A DNA stretch of 64,000 bases from an uncultured Candidatus Entotheonella sp. (GCA_965217185.1 OZ244252.1:3392001-3456000), one strand, 5' to 3'; positions 29,016 through 39,665 are shown, counted from the first letter of the stretch. The notes: generated by a model not told the origin, from the letters alone. Numbers and translations are program-made.

Positions 29016-30172
29016 TCGCGCCTGCGTTTTCAACCAGGTGGAGGATGGTCACCCTCGATGACGTTGCTGCACCTGTCCAGAACGCAATAGTTGATGGTCC
29101 GTTCGGCTCCAACCTCAAGCTCAACGACTATGTTCCTGAGGGTGTGCCAGTCCTTCAGGGGAAGAACATCACAGACGATACCTTCCGATGGTTTGATGTG
29201 AGATTCATATCAAGCGGAAAGGCCGAAGAACTCAAGCGCAGCAGTGTCCGGATCGGCGACATACTTATCGTTAAGATCGGATCCATTGGCTACTCCGCCA
29301 TTCTGGATGACCTCAATGGTTTCGATCACGCCATCATCCCGGCAAACCTCGCGAAGGTGACCCCGAATCTGTCCAAGGTGGATATTCGCTACCTGCACAG
29401 GTGGCTGATGTCGACAGCGGCGAAGAACTACTTGGTTCGTGCTGCATCCAAGACCGCTCAGCCTGCACTTAGTCTTGGGAAGATCAAAGGCCTGCCAGTT
29501 CCTCTCCCACCCCTTCCCGAGCAGCGGCGGATTGCGGAGATACTGGACAAGGCGGACGCGCTGAGGGCCCAGCGCCGGGCCGCGCTCGCCCACCTCGACA
29601 CCCTCACCCAATCCATCTTCCTTGACATGTTCGGGGACCCTGCCACGAATCCGAAGGGGTGGCCAAAACGGGACTTCGACGGGACGATGCGTGATGAGAC
29701 GTCGCGATCCGAGAGGCTTCCGCGATCCGCTTTCCTCTCTGAGGGCCGGTTCCCCGTGGTAGACCAAGGCCAGGACTTCATCGGTGGCTATTGCGATTAC
29801 CAGCGCTACGTATGCCAGTCGGCGTTGCCGGTCATTGTGTTTGGCGACCACACTCGGGTGGTGAAGCTGGTGCGCGAGCCTTTTGTTGTCGGCGCCGATG
29901 GCGCCAAGGTTTTAGTGGCGCAGTCTGGAGTCGAAGCAGACTTTCTGGCGTGGCTGCTGCAAACACTCACGATTCCGAACCTTGGTTACTCGCGACATAT
30001 GCGTGAGGTAAAGCGGATCACCTTTCCAATTCCTCCGATTCAACTTCAGCACGAGTTCTCAAGACGGATCGCGCTCATTGACAGACAACGTGCGTCCTTC
30101 CAGCGTTCGAGGATTGAGATCGATGCTCTGTTCGCCTCTCTCCAGCAGCGTGCCTTCCGAGGAGAGTTGTAG
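29012..30172 (+). CDS. hsdS: Type I R-M specificity subunit S
   Basis: Two TRDs separated by PLPPLPEQRRIAEILDKAD...DMFGDP; terminal PIPPIQLQHEF...LQQRAFRGEL; overlaps the hsdM stop. Confidence 0.93.
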   Translation: MIAPAFSTRWRMVTLDDVAAPVQNAIVDGPFGSNLKLNDYVPEGVPVLQGKNITDDTFRWFDVRFISSGKAEELKRSSVRIGDILIVKIGSIGYSAILDDLNGFDHAIIPANLAKVTPNLSKVDIRYLHRWLMSTAAKNYLVRAASKTAQPALSLGKIKGLPVPLPPLPEQRRIAEILDKADALRAQRRAALAHLDTLTQSIFLDMFGDPATNPKGWPKRDFDGTMRDETSRSERLPRSAFLSEGRFPVVDQGQDFIGGYCDYQRYVCQSALPVIVFGDHTRVVKLVREPFVVGADGAKVLVAQSGVEADFLAWLLQTLTIPNLGYSRHMREVKRITFPIPPIQLQHEFSRRIALIDRQRASFQRSRIEIDALFASLQQRAFRGEL

Positions 30173-30653
30173 CCATGCGCAGCGAGTTCGTCGGCGTGTG
30201 GTCGGAGATGTGGCGGGAGGTCTGGCTCCCGCTGATCGATCAGCCGCTGTGTGAAGGCGAGGACGGCGTTCCGGAAGACATCTTCTGCGAGCTGTACCGG
30301 GAGGTCGCCAGGGCGCTTAAGGCGCAGCCATCGATCGAAGCGCTGGCCGACGTCATCGACGACCCGGTTCAAAGCCGGGAGGCCTTCAAAAAGACGACCG
30401 CGGCCGATCTCACGGGCGAGCGAGCGGTGATGACGTTCCTGGAGGCGGCGCACCCGGCATTCGATGACCTGGGCGGCGACGAGCTCTCGAACCGCTACTT
30501 CAACCTGCTCTCCAGTTTCATCGACAAGTTCAGTCTGCGCTACGACCTGCGCCGTCCCTGCATACTCTGTCCGACGCTGCCCGGAGTGTTCGCGAGCCTC
30601 GTCCGTGACCTACGGGCAATCACGACTCAGGACACGCATCTCGACAGTCTTAT

Positions 30654-31941
30654 GGGCATCTCTAATAATACCCATCTCCCACGTGGTTTAGAATCACTGA
30701 AACACGTCAACCAACAAGGCCGGAGGAGTGCAACATGGCTCAGATGGGCTTTTTCGATATCGAGAATCGCTACGCCGCTCTGGACGCCAAAAACGATCCC
30801 CTGGTGAAGGTCAACGCTGCCGTTCCGTGGGAAGCGTTCCGCAGCCGCCTGGAGAGAGTCTGGCGCAAGCCAGCCGACAAGCGCAAGTCCAATGCGGGGT
30901 GCAAGCCGTGGGATGCCATCGTCATGTTCAAGGCCATCATTTTGTGCGCCCTCTACAATCTGTCGGACGACCAGATCGAGTATCAGATGCGCGACCGCCT
31001 GTCCTTTGTGCGCTTCTTGGCCTTGACACTCGAAGACAAGGTGCCCGATGCCAAGACGGTGTGGCTCTACCGCGAACAGTTGTCACAGGCCGGCCTCATC
31101 GATGCCTTGTTCGAGGATTTCGACGGCTACCTGAAAAGCCAGGGCTACCAGGCAATGGGTGGCCAGATCATCGATGCTTCGATTGTCGCGGTTCCCATGC
31201 AACGCAATCGTCGTGACGACAATGAGCAGATCAAACGGGGTGAGACACCTGAGGCCTGGGCTGACAAGCCAGCCAAGCGTCGACAAAAGGACAGGGATGC
31301 GCGCTGGACGAAGAAGCACGGCAAGAGCCACTATGGCTACAAGAATCACGTCACCATCGACCGTCGGCACAAGCTGATACGGCGTTACCGGGTGACGGAT
31401 GCGGCGGTGCACGACAGCCAAGTGATTGAGGAGTTGCTTACGTCGGACAACACGGCAAGCGGTGTCTGGGCGGACAGCGCCTAGCGGTCGAAAGCCATTG
31501 AAGCGACGCTGAAGGCCAGGGGTTTGAGGAGTCGGATTCATCGCAAGGGCTATCGCAACCGTCCGTTGCGTGATTGGGAGAAAGCAGGCAACCAGAGCCG
31601 TTCACGGTTTCGGGTACGGGTAGAGCATGTCTTCGGGGCGCAGCAAAACGACATGGGCGGGACGTTGGTTCGCAGCATCGGGCTTGTACGGGCGAGGGCG
31701 CGGATAGGTCTTAAGAACCTTGCCTACAACATGCGTCGCCTGATTCAATTACAACGCCTTGCGAGCGCCAGTTGAGCGCCAACGGTGCGGAAGGGTGCAC
31801 CGGAGGCCCTCATTGGAAGGCGAATCCTCCTTGCAGGGAGGCAGTCCCCCTGGACAGCCGAGTTCATTTTCTCACCGACATGCCAGCGAATTGCCACTCT
31901 CGCCATCTATGACTATCCACGAGGCATTTTTCGAGATGCCC
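30654..31941 (+). mobile_element. IS5-family insertion sequence, 1288 bp
   Basis: Terminal inverted repeats gggcatctctaataatacc / ggcatttttcgagatgccc (16 of 19 match); 4-bp target duplication TTAT at 30650-30653 and 31942-31945. Confidence 0.93.
30735..31775 (+). pseudogene. IS5-family DDE transposase with an in-frame amber codon
   Basis: IIDASIV, DRDARWTKK, YGYKNH, HDS, WADSA*RS (TAG at 31482-31484 replacing Y), RVRVEHVFG, NLAYN; both halves are in the same frame. Confidence 0.92.
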
Positions 31942-32314
31942 TTATGAAGGACTTCGAGGAGTCAGTCCGGGACCTGCGAATTGATTGCTCGGATCGAAGG
32001 ATCAAGACCAGCATCCAGAAACAGATGAACCTCTTGGAAGCCCTTGGTCGAGTTCACCCGGGAGTAAAGGGCAAGACGCTCGGCGAAATCTCCAAGCAAC
32101 TCAAGAACTGGCCACATAAGGAAGTGATGTCTGCGCTGCAGTCCTTGTACACCTTCACATGCGACTACCCCGGGATCCGCCACGGAGGCACGCCGACCTC
32201 CGCGCTGCGTGCGGTGGACATGCGCGACATGGTAGCAATGTCGATCCTGCTCGCCGGCTTCACGCCATCTCACTCACGGACTCAACCCCGACGTCGTGCA
32301 TCGGGGGACATAAG

Positions 32315-35300
32315 ATGAGCCAGTTCGCCTTCCTCCAGCACGAATGGCCAGCGGTGTTTGACTCCGCTGCGAGGGCCGAGGCATCCCTGCATGGCGATCC
32401 TCGTACGGCCTGCTTCTACGCCCGGCGCACGCTGGAGCTGGCGGTGAACTGGGCCTACAAACACGACGAAGCGCTCCGGCTGCCCTACCAGGACAATCTC
32501 TCAGCGCTGATCCACGAGCCGAGCTTCAAGCAGGCCGCAGGCGAAGGGGTGTTCAGCAAGGCGCGGGTGATCAACACGCTCGGCAACCGCGCGGTGCACA
32601 GCGACCGCGCCGTGCCGGAGCCTGACGCGCGGACGGCGCTGAGCGAGCTCTTCCACGTGGCCTATTGGTTCGCCCGGACCTACGCCCGCGCTGGGCGCCC
32701 AGCGCCCGGACTTGCCTTCGAGCCGGCAGCGCTGCCCCGACCCGCGGCGACCGAACAGCAGACTGCGGAGCAACTGCGCACGCTTGCGGAAGACCTGCGG
32801 GAACGCGACGCGAAGCTCGCGACGCTGCTCGCGGACAAGGGCGCGCTCGACGAGGAACTCAAGCGCCTGCGGGCCGAGGTGGCCGCGGCCAAGAAGGCGG
32901 CTGCCGCGCAGCCAGACACCCACGACTACTCCGAAACGGAGACTCGCGACTACTTCATCGACCTGCTGCTTAAGGAAGCCGGCTGGCCGCTCGATCAGGA
33001 CCGCGAGTTCGAGGTCAGCGGGATGCCCAATGCCCAGGGCAAGGGCTTCGTGGACTATGTCCTCTGGGGCGACGACGGCAAGCCGCTCGGTCTCGTCGAG
33101 GCCAAGCGCACGCGGCGCGACGCCCGCGTCGGCCAGCAGCAGGCCAAACTCTATGCCGATTGCCTGGAACGCCAGTTCGGGCAGCGGCCGATCATCTATT
33201 ACTCGAACGGCTACGAGCACTGGACCTGGGACGACACCCACTACCCGCCGCGCCGGGTGCAGGGTTTCTACAAGAAGGCGGAACTGGAGCTGTTGATCCA
33301 GCGGCGGGAGACGCAGCGCACGCTCGCGGAGGCTCCGATTAATTCGGAGATCGTCGAGCGCCACTACCAGACCCGCGCCATCCGCCGCATCGCCGAGGCC
33401 TTCGAGCGCGACCACGACCGCAAGGCGCTGCTCGTGATGGCGACGGGGGCTGGCAAAACACGCACGGTGATCGCGCTCTCCGACCTGCTCATGCGCTGCA
33501 ACTGGGCCAAGCGCGTGCTCTTCCTCGCCGACCGGGTGGCGCTGGTGAATCAGGCAGTCAATGCCTTCAAGCGTCACTTGCCCGACGCCTCGCCCGTCAA
33601 CTTGGTCACCGAGAAGAACGCCGAGGGACGCGTCTACGTCTCGACCTATCCGACCATGATGGGACTGATCGACGAGGCGCGCGACGGCCAACGGCGCTTT
33701 GGGGTGGGCCATTTCGACTTGGTGATCATCGACGAGGCGCACCGCTCGGTGTTCCAGAAGTACCGCGCCATCTTCGACTACTTCGACTACTTCGACTCAC
33801 TGCTGGTCGGGCTCACGGCGACGCCCAAGGACGAGGTGGACCGCAACACCTACGGCCTGTTCGACCTGGAGGACGGCGTACCGACCGACGCTTACTCGCT
33901 GGAGGAGGCGGTACGCGACGGCTTCCTCGTGCCGCCCAAGGCCGTCTCGGTGCCGCTCAAGTTCCAGCGCGAGGGCATCAAGTACGACGAGCTGTCGGAG
34001 GAGGACAAGGACCAGTGGGACGCGCTGGAATGGGACGACGACGGCGCGGTGCCCGACCAGGTCGAGGCCGAGGCGGTCAACAAGTGGTTGTTCAACAAGG
34101 ACACTGTGGACAAGGTGCTGGCGCACCTCATGACCCGCGGCGTCACGGTCGCCGGCGGCGACCGGCTTGGCAAGACAATCCTCTTCGCCAAGAACCAGGC
34201 CCACGCGGAGTTCATTGCCGAGCGTTTCAACGCCAACTATCCACACTACAAAGGCGAGTTCGCCCGCGTCATCACCTTCAAGACGGAGTACGCGCAGAGC
34301 CTGATCGACAGCTTCTCGAACAAGGATAAGAACCCACACCTCGCGATCTCGGTAGACATGCTCGACACCGGCATCGACATCCCCGAGGTCGTGAACCTGG
34401 TCTTCTTCAAGCTGGTGCGCTCGAAGACCAAGTTCTGGCAGATGGTGGGTCGCGGCACGCGGCTCTGTCCCGATCTGTTCGGGCCGGGCCAGGACAAGGA
34501 ACTGTTCTACCTCTTCGACTACTGCCAAAACCTCGAATACTTCAGCCAGGACATCCCGGCCACCGAGGGCTCGGTCGCCGATTCGATCGGCAAGCGCCTG
34601 TTCAACGCGCGGCTGGAGCTGATTGCCACGCTGGACCATCAGGGCGGCGAAGCCGAATCGGGCGAGGTCAGGGAACCAGCGTCCACCTACGGCGATCCGA
34701 AAACGGACGGCGCGGTTCGCCGGTCCCTCGCCGATCTTTTGCAGCGCGAGGTCGCGGCGATGAATCTCGACAACTTCGTGGTACGCCCACGGCGCCGGCT
34801 CGTCGAGAAATACGCGAAGCCGGAATCCTGGGTATCCCTGCCAGCAGAGGCCCTGACAGAGCTCTCGCACGAGGTGGCCGGGCTGCCTTCGGAGGTGGGC
34901 CCGGAGAACGAGGAGGCCAAGCGGTTCGACCTGCTCGCGCTGGGCCTGCAGCTCAGCCTCCTGCAGCACGAGCCCGGCTTCGCCCGCCTGCGCGATCGGG
35001 TCAAGCAGATCACCGGACTGCTCGAGGAAATTGCCGTCATCCCAATGGTGCGGGACCAGATGGCGCTCATCCAGGACGTACAGACCGACGAGTGGTGGCA
35101 GGACGTGACTGTCCCGATGCTGGAAGTCATGCGTCGCCGACTCCGGAGCCTGGTCCAGCTCATTGACAAGCGGCAACGCAAACCGGTCTACACCGATTTC
35201 GAGGACCTCATGGGTGGCGAGATCGATGTCGACCTGCCCGGCTTCGCCCCCGGCACGGACTACACAAAATTCCTGGCCAAGGCACGTGCCTTTCTTCGCG

Positions 35301-35731
35301 AGCACATGGACCACGTCGCCATCGGGAAACTGAGAATGAACAAACCGCTCACCGCGACTGACATCGCCGAACTGGAGCGGATGCTCGTCGAGAGCGGCCT
35401 CGGCGCGCCCGACGAGCTTCGGCGCGCGACCGAGGAGTCCCAGGGACTTGGACTGTTCGTGCGGTCGCTGGTGGGCATGGATCGCAGTGCCGCCAAGGAT
35501 GCCATGGGGACCTTCCTTGCAGGGAAGTCGCTATCGGCGAACCAGATCGAGTTCGTGAACCTCGTGGTCGATCACATGACGGAGCACGGTATTGTCGCCC
35601 CTGATCGGCTCTATGAATCCCCGTTCACCGACATCACGCCTCACGGCCCGGATGGCTTGTTCAGCAGTGCGGAACTGGATGAGTTGATACAAGTGTTGGA
35701 GGCCGTTCGAGCGACGGCGGTAGCGGCATAA
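32315..35731 (+). CDS. hsdR: Type I R-M restriction subunit R (EcoAI/EcoEI-like architecture)
   Basis: VDYVL..VEAK nuclease motif, [37 protein letters not shown]; start ATG overlaps the upstream TGA. Confidence 0.95.
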   Translation: MSQFAFLQHEWPAVFDSAARAEASLHGDPRTACFYARRTLELAVNWAYKHDEALRLPYQDNLSALIHEPSFKQAAGEGVFSKARVINTLGNRAVHSDRAVPEPDARTALSELFHVAYWFARTYARAGRPAPGLAFEPAALPRPAATEQQTAEQLRTLAEDLRERDAKLATLLADKGALDEELKRLRAEVAAAKKAAAAQPDTHDYSETETRDYFIDLLLKEAGWPLDQDREFEVSGMPNAQGKGFVDYVLWGDDGKPLGLVEAKRTRRDARVGQQQAKLYADCLERQFGQRPIIYYSNGYEHWTWDDTHYPPRRVQGFYKKAELELLIQRRETQRTLAEAPINSEIVERHYQTRAIRRIAEAFERDHDRKALLVMATGAGKTRTVIALSDLLMRCNWAKRVLFLADRVALVNQAVNAFKRHLPDASPVNLVTEKNAEGRVYVSTYPTMMGLIDEARDGQRRFGVGHFDLVIIDEAHRSVFQKYRAIFDYFDYFDSLLVGLTATPKDEVDRNTYGLFDLEDGVPTDAYSLEEAVRDGFLVPPKAVSVPLKFQREGIKYDELSEEDKDQWDALEWDDDGAVPDQVEAEAVNKWLFNKDTVDKVLAHLMTRGVTVAGGDRLGKTILFAKNQAHAEFIAERFNANYPHYKGEFARVITFKTEYAQSLIDSFSNKDKNPHLAISVDMLDTGIDIPEVVNLVFFKLVRSKTKFWQMVGRGTRLCPDLFGPGQDKELFYLFDYCQNLEYFSQDIPATEGSVADSIGKRLFNARLELIATLDHQGGEAESGEVREPASTYGDPKTDGAVRRSLADLLQREVAAMNLDNFVVRPRRRLVEKYAKPESWVSLPAEALTELSHEVAGLPSEVGPENEEAKRFDLLALGLQLSLLQHEPGFARLRDRVKQITGLLEEIAVIPMVRDQMALIQDVQTDEWWQDVTVPMLEVMRRRLRSLVQLIDKRQRKPVYTDFEDLMGGEIDVDLPGFAPGTDYTKFLAKARAFLREHMDHVAIGKLRMNKPLTATDIAELERMLVESGLGAPDELRRATEESQGLGLFVRSLVGMDRSAAKDAMGTFLAGKSLSANQIEFVNLVVDHMTEHGIVAPDRLYESPFTDITPHGPDGLFSSAELDELIQVLEAVRATAVAA
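33772..33797 (+). repeat. 9-bp tandem repeat (cttcgacta, about 3 units) in hsdR
   Basis: cttcgacta cttcgacta cttcgact, encoding FDYFDYFD. Confidence 0.85.
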
Positions 35732-35854
35732 AATTCTGCAACAAGGGATGGGTGACAACAGGATTCTGAAGCCAAAGCAAAATGGTCATGTTAAAAATGG
35801 CCTTGCACTCGCCCCGTACATGACGTCCAGACTGAGACGCAAGGAGACGCAGCC

Positions 35855-36097
35855 ATGGCGAGCATCACGATCCGCAACCTCGATGACGAGGTGAAGCACC
35901 GCTTGCGCGTGCGGGCAGTTGGGAACGGCCGTTCCATGGAAGAGGAGGCACGGCTGATTCTGCGCGAGGCCGTTGGCTGCAAGCCGGGTCCACAAGACCT
36001 CGCGAGCATCATCCGCTCCTACTTTGGACCATCCAACGGCGTGGACCTGGAGTTACCGCCGCGCGAGCCGGTACGCGAGCCGCCCCGTTTCGACTGA
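35855..36097 (+). CDS. fitA: FitA/StbC-like RHH antitoxin, copy 2 (intact, no toxin gene follows)
   Basis: 80 aa, AAGGAG RBS; near-identical to 26824-26945 and 27039-27188. Confidence 0.9.
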   Translation: MASITIRNLDDEVKHRLRVRAVGNGRSMEEEARLILREAVGCKPGPQDLASIIRSYFGPSNGVDLELPPREPVREPPRFD

Positions 36098-36253
36098 GGC
36101 GGCAGCTCAGAAATACGGTATGACCTGCCGACGTGCTTCTGAACTGGATTTGCCATAGGGCGTTGTGAAGAGTCGGCGGGCGGGGCCCGCGTCTGCCCAG
36201 GTTATGTGACTCCCTCCGGGTTTCCGGCCTTCGTCGATCTACTTGGTGGTGGC

Positions 36254-37633
36254 ATGACAAATCTAATGAACGAAACGTTTTCCAGGAACGGGCTCTTTTC
36301 CCTGCCCTCGGGAAAAGAGATGCACGGGACCCTCACGGTGGATGGCTCCGATAGCGTACTCGACTTGTGGTCTAGTGTTGCCGCGGATCAATATAGCCGC
36401 AGAAAGCCATCGGAAAGCCAGACCACCACCATCATCGGCACGTTGGACGATCAGAAGAAGGTCTCGCTCGTCGACTGCATGGAGCTTGGAAGAACGACAT
36501 TTGGTGGGTCCGATGGGTATTCATACCATGAGCGGTTCTTTCCCCATTATGCCATCGTCGGTTACGCTCCCTTCGATGGAGAGATCTCCGGTGTTTCTTT
36601 TGTGACTGACGATACAAAAACCCTGTTCCATGACAGAAAGTCATTTGGCGGGTTGCATCTCGGTACGGAGAAACTGACAAAACTGCTCAACGATGCGGGG
36701 GTTTCTGTCGAGGAGGGGTGGCATCCAGTCGTCAATTACTGGACCGGAAAAACGGAGGTGATGTCGGGGGAGACCCCCCTTGGGAGATTCTTTGCACATA
36801 ACCAACCGACTATCACGGCGGGAGGAGGGCCCGACGGCGTACACATCGCAAATGAAGTCGTACTCTCCATAATCTTTTCCGATCCCTTAAGCGTTCACGA
36901 GTTAGACGATTCCATCAGGAAACTGTTGCGGTTCTTCGAGATTGTCGTTGGACGCCCTCAAAATCTACTGAAGGTCAACATTCCGCCAAACTACGAAGAG
37001 AGAGCTGTCTCGTCCTCAGTGTACATGAACATGTTTCGCAACCGGATTGACGAATATGCTCGGCGGGAACCAGACTGGCGAGACATTCTCATCGATGCTG
37101 CCAGCGAACCTGACAAATGCCTTAAGTTGATGTCGGCATGGTTGGAGCGCGACGAGGCCTGGCGGGTTACCCGATCACGATTTTCAGCGGGATGGAGAAA
37201 GCAAAACGATTACGATGCGGAGCGTATGGTTGGTGCAGCCAACATGTTTGACCTTTTGCCAGTGGATGTGTTCCCTAGGTGCAAGCAAAGCCTCAAGCAA
37301 CGAGCACGACATAGGTCGAGTCTTGTCACGAAGGTCATTGGCACAGACTTGCCGGACCTGGATTACGTAACAGATGCGGCAATTGAACTTCGACACCTGT
37401 ACGTGCACGGTGCTGAGCGAAATCCGAAGAGACCGGCGCTGGTGGGATCAACTCCCTTTCTCATCGATACTCTCGAATTCATCTTCTGTACGTCAGATCT
37501 CGTAGAATTGGGATGGGATATTCTTTCCTGGCATCAGAAACGTAAAATGGGTGGGCATCCATTTTGTGACTATCTGTATGGCTATTCCCGCGAGTTGGCA
37601 GAGTTGAAGAAACTCTATATGGAGTCGGGTTGA
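36254..37633 (+). CDS. ApeA-like HEPN-domain protein
   Basis: N-terminal GLFSLP..GTLT and IIGTLDDQKKVSLVDC pattern of ApeA N-terminal domains; C-terminal Rx4H motif RHLYVH; visibly lower GC; alternative start at 36266. Confidence 0.75.
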   Translation: MTNLMNETFSRNGLFSLPSGKEMHGTLTVDGSDSVLDLWSSVAADQYSRRKPSESQTTTIIGTLDDQKKVSLVDCMELGRTTFGGSDGYSYHERFFPHYAIVGYAPFDGEISGVSFVTDDTKTLFHDRKSFGGLHLGTEKLTKLLNDAGVSVEEGWHPVVNYWTGKTEVMSGETPLGRFFAHNQPTITAGGGPDGVHIANEVVLSIIFSDPLSVHELDDSIRKLLRFFEIVVGRPQNLLKVNIPPNYEERAVSSSVYMNMFRNRIDEYARREPDWRDILIDAASEPDKCLKLMSAWLERDEAWRVTRSRFSAGWRKQNDYDAERMVGAANMFDLLPVDVFPRCKQSLKQRARHRSSLVTKVIGTDLPDLDYVTDAAIELRHLYVHGAERNPKRPALVGSTPFLIDTLEFIFCTSDLVELGWDILSWHQKRKMGGHPFCDYLYGYSRELAELKKLYMESG

Positions 37634-37807
37634 CTCCAATCCGTTTGCTTACTAGGGCGAAACCAGCCCACGGTCCGATGGGAACTTCCACTTATTGCTG
37701 GTTTCTTCGTTTCGTAGGGCATTGGACGGGATTGTCAAAACGCCACTATTGATCGTTAGACCCGATGCGGACAGAAGGCTCACGTCATCAGATTCCTGAA
37801 TTGGCCC

Positions 37808-38509
37808 CTATAGCCGCCCGTCAATAATCACCGTGAACTCCCCGCGCACGGACCGCTCCTGCCAGCTTTCCAGCAGGCTGGCAGTCGTCCCCCGCATGAC
37901 CTCTTCGTAGTGCTTGGTAAGTTCCCGCGCCACCACGACGCGCCGCTCGGCGCCGAAATGTTCCACGAGTTCGCGTAACAGCTTGAGGAAGCGGTGCGGG
38001 GATTCATAGAGCACCACGGTGCGCGGCTCCTCGCGCAGCGCTTCCAGACGCTGCCGCCGCCGACCGCTCTTCACGGGCAGAAATCCTTCGAACACAAACC
38101 GATTTATGGGCAGGCCGGAGACCGACAGGGCCGCAATGACCGCGCTGGGTCCGGGGATGGGCACGACGGGGATGTCGTGCGGCAGCAGGACTTGCAGGAG
38201 ATGATACGCCGGGTCGGCGATGCCCGGCGTGCCGGCGTCGGTGACCAGGGCGATACAGCGCCCCTCTTGCAGCAGGCCGAGCAGGCGCTGCGCCTGGGGC
38301 ACCTTGTTGTGGTCGTGGTAGCTCAGCAGTGGGCGGGAGATATCGAAATGGGTCAGCAGCTTGCGCGTATGCCGGGTATCCTCGGCGGCGATGAGGTCCA
38401 CGCTGCCGAGGACGCGCAGGGCGCGCAGGGTGATGTCGTCGAGGTTGCCGATCGGCGTGGCGACAATGTACAGCGTGCCGCGGTCGTCTGCCGGTGCCAT
38501 CTCCGACAC
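37808..38509 (-). CDS. rsmI: 16S rRNA C1402 2'-O-methyltransferase
   Basis: LYIVATPIGNLDDITLRA, AEDTR, DAGTPGIADP, YESPHR, RELTK, GEF. Confidence 0.96.
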   Translation of the reverse strand: MSEMAPADDRGTLYIVATPIGNLDDITLRALRVLGSVDLIAAEDTRHTRKLLTHFDISRPLLSYHDHNKVPQAQRLLGLLQEGRCIALVTDAGTPGIADPAYHLLQVLLPHDIPVVPIPGPSAVIAALSVSGLPINRFVFEGFLPVKSGRRRQRLEALREEPRTVVLYESPHRFLKLLRELVEHFGAERRVVVARELTKHYEEVMRGTTASLLESWQERSVRGEFTVIIDGRL

Positions 38510-38512
38510 GAC

Positions 38513-39256
38513 TCAGCGGCCCTCGATGAGCGCGCGGCCCTGAAAAATGGCCTGTATCTCGGCGCTGTAGACGTTCGGCGCTTGGTAGACGACCAATGGC
38601 GGCAGCACCTCCAGGGCGTCTCGACCACTTTGAAGGGCTTCGACAAGGACCATTGTGGCGGCGGCTTCACGGCTTGGATGAACGAAACGCAGGCGGCAAG
38701 GATTCAGGCCGGCCGATTCCAGACGGCTGCACAACTCGGCGAGGCGGGATGGGTGATAAACAAGCAGCAGGCGGCCACGCCGCGCCAGCAGATGCCGGGC
38801 GGCCTGCACAACCTGGCACAGCGTCACCGCGACCTCGTGGCGCGCAATGGCCTTTTCGGATTGCGGGTTGAGGCGCCCGCGACCCACGGCGCGATACGGC
38901 GGATTGCACACCACGGTTCCGAAGCTTGCGGACGCAAAACATGCAGCGGCAGCGCGGATATCGCCCTGTACGATGCTGATTTGCCGGGCCAGAGCGTTGT
39001 GCGCCACGTTCCGTTGCGCCACGGCCGCCAGGCCGGCCTGCAGTTCCAGCGCAACGATGGGAATCCCCGGAAAGCGCCGCGCCAGCAGAAAGGCGACAAT
39101 GCCGCAGCCGGTGCCGAGGTCGATGATGGGTCCGGTGGTTTTGCAAGGGACAAAATCGGCGAGCAGGAAGGCGTCGAGCGAGAAGCGGTAACCGTTCGGG
39201 TTTTGGTGCAAGGTGAGACGCCAGGCCCCAGGGGCATCCGACGCCTCGTCTCGCAA
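38513..39256 (-). CDS. trmN6: tRNA1(Val) A37 N6-methyltransferase-like
   Basis: GYRFSLDAFLL, DLGTGCG, ELQ, CNPPY, IARHE; TTG start just after atpC. Confidence 0.85.
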   Translation of the reverse strand: MRDEASDAPGAWRLTLHQNPNGYRFSLDAFLLADFVPCKTTGPIIDLGTGCGIVAFLLARRFPGIPIVALELQAGLAAVAQRNVAHNALARQISIVQGDIRAAAACFASASFGTVVCNPPYRAVGRGRLNPQSEKAIARHEVAVTLCQVVQAARHLLARRGRLLLVYHPSRLAELCSRLESAGLNPCRLRFVHPSREAAATMVLVEALQSGRDALEVLPPLVVYQAPNVYSAEIQAIFQGRALIEGR

Positions 39257-39260
39257 CCCC

Positions 39261-39665
39261 TCAGCCTCGCCGCGCGCTGACCTGAAGGCGGACGAGGGCC
39301 CGCTGCAGCGCGGCGCTGGCGCGGTCGAAGTCAACGACCTGCGCGTCGCCGCTGCGCAGCCGTTCCAAGGCGCGGTCGCGCGCCGAGCCGGCGCGTTCCG
39401 GGTCGATTTCGGCCATGTCTTCCGCGATCTCGGCGAGCACGGTCACCTTGTCGTCGCTGACCTCCATATATCCCCGGAAGACGGTCAGGTAGCGCTGCTG
39501 ACCGTCCTTGCGAAGCATGAGCTCGCCCAGTCCCAGGTTGGTGAGGAAGGCGACGTGGCCGGGAAGAATGCCGAGATAGCCCTCCGTCCCGGGCAGATTC
39601 AGTTCGTCCACCTCATCCTGCAGGAGCAGGCGGTTCGGGGTGAGGATTTCCACGGACAACGGCAC
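39261..39665 (-). CDS. atpC: ATP synthase F1 epsilon subunit
   Basis: VEILTP, PGTEGYLGILPGH, VTVLAE, ALQRALVRL. Confidence 0.93.
   Translation of the reverse strand: MPLSVEILTPNRLLLQDEVDELNLPGTEGYLGILPGHVAFLTNLGLGELMLRKDGQQRYLTVFRGYMEVSDDKVTVLAEIAEDMAEIDPERAGSARDRALERLRSGDAQVVDFDRASAALQRALVRLQVSARRG

Larger units (their letters stand above)
30175..32318 (+). pseudogene. AbiJ-like HEPN-domain protein interrupted by IS5 (segments 30175-30653 and 31946-32318)
   Basis: Removing the IS and one TTAT copy restores a 283-aa ORF (...HLDSL-MKDFEES...); C-terminal [28 protein letters not shown] resembles AbiJ-type HEPN domains. Confidence 0.8.

Noticed and set aside
30654..30807. C-terminus of the 210-aa ORF 30175-30807 and N-terminus of ORF 31785-32318 as real protein sequence
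   Set aside because: Both are read-through into or out of IS sequence.
31482..31484. Amber codon as programmed readthrough or pyrrolysine
   Set aside because: It replaces the conserved Tyr by a single base change, TAG is used as a normal stop elsewhere in the window, and no pyl genes are seen; a nonsense mutation is simpler.
35732..37807. Integron attC sites around the island genes
   Set aside because: Only isolated GTTRRRY-like words (e.g. GTTAGAC near 37755) occur, with no matching inverse core and palindrome, and there is no integrase.
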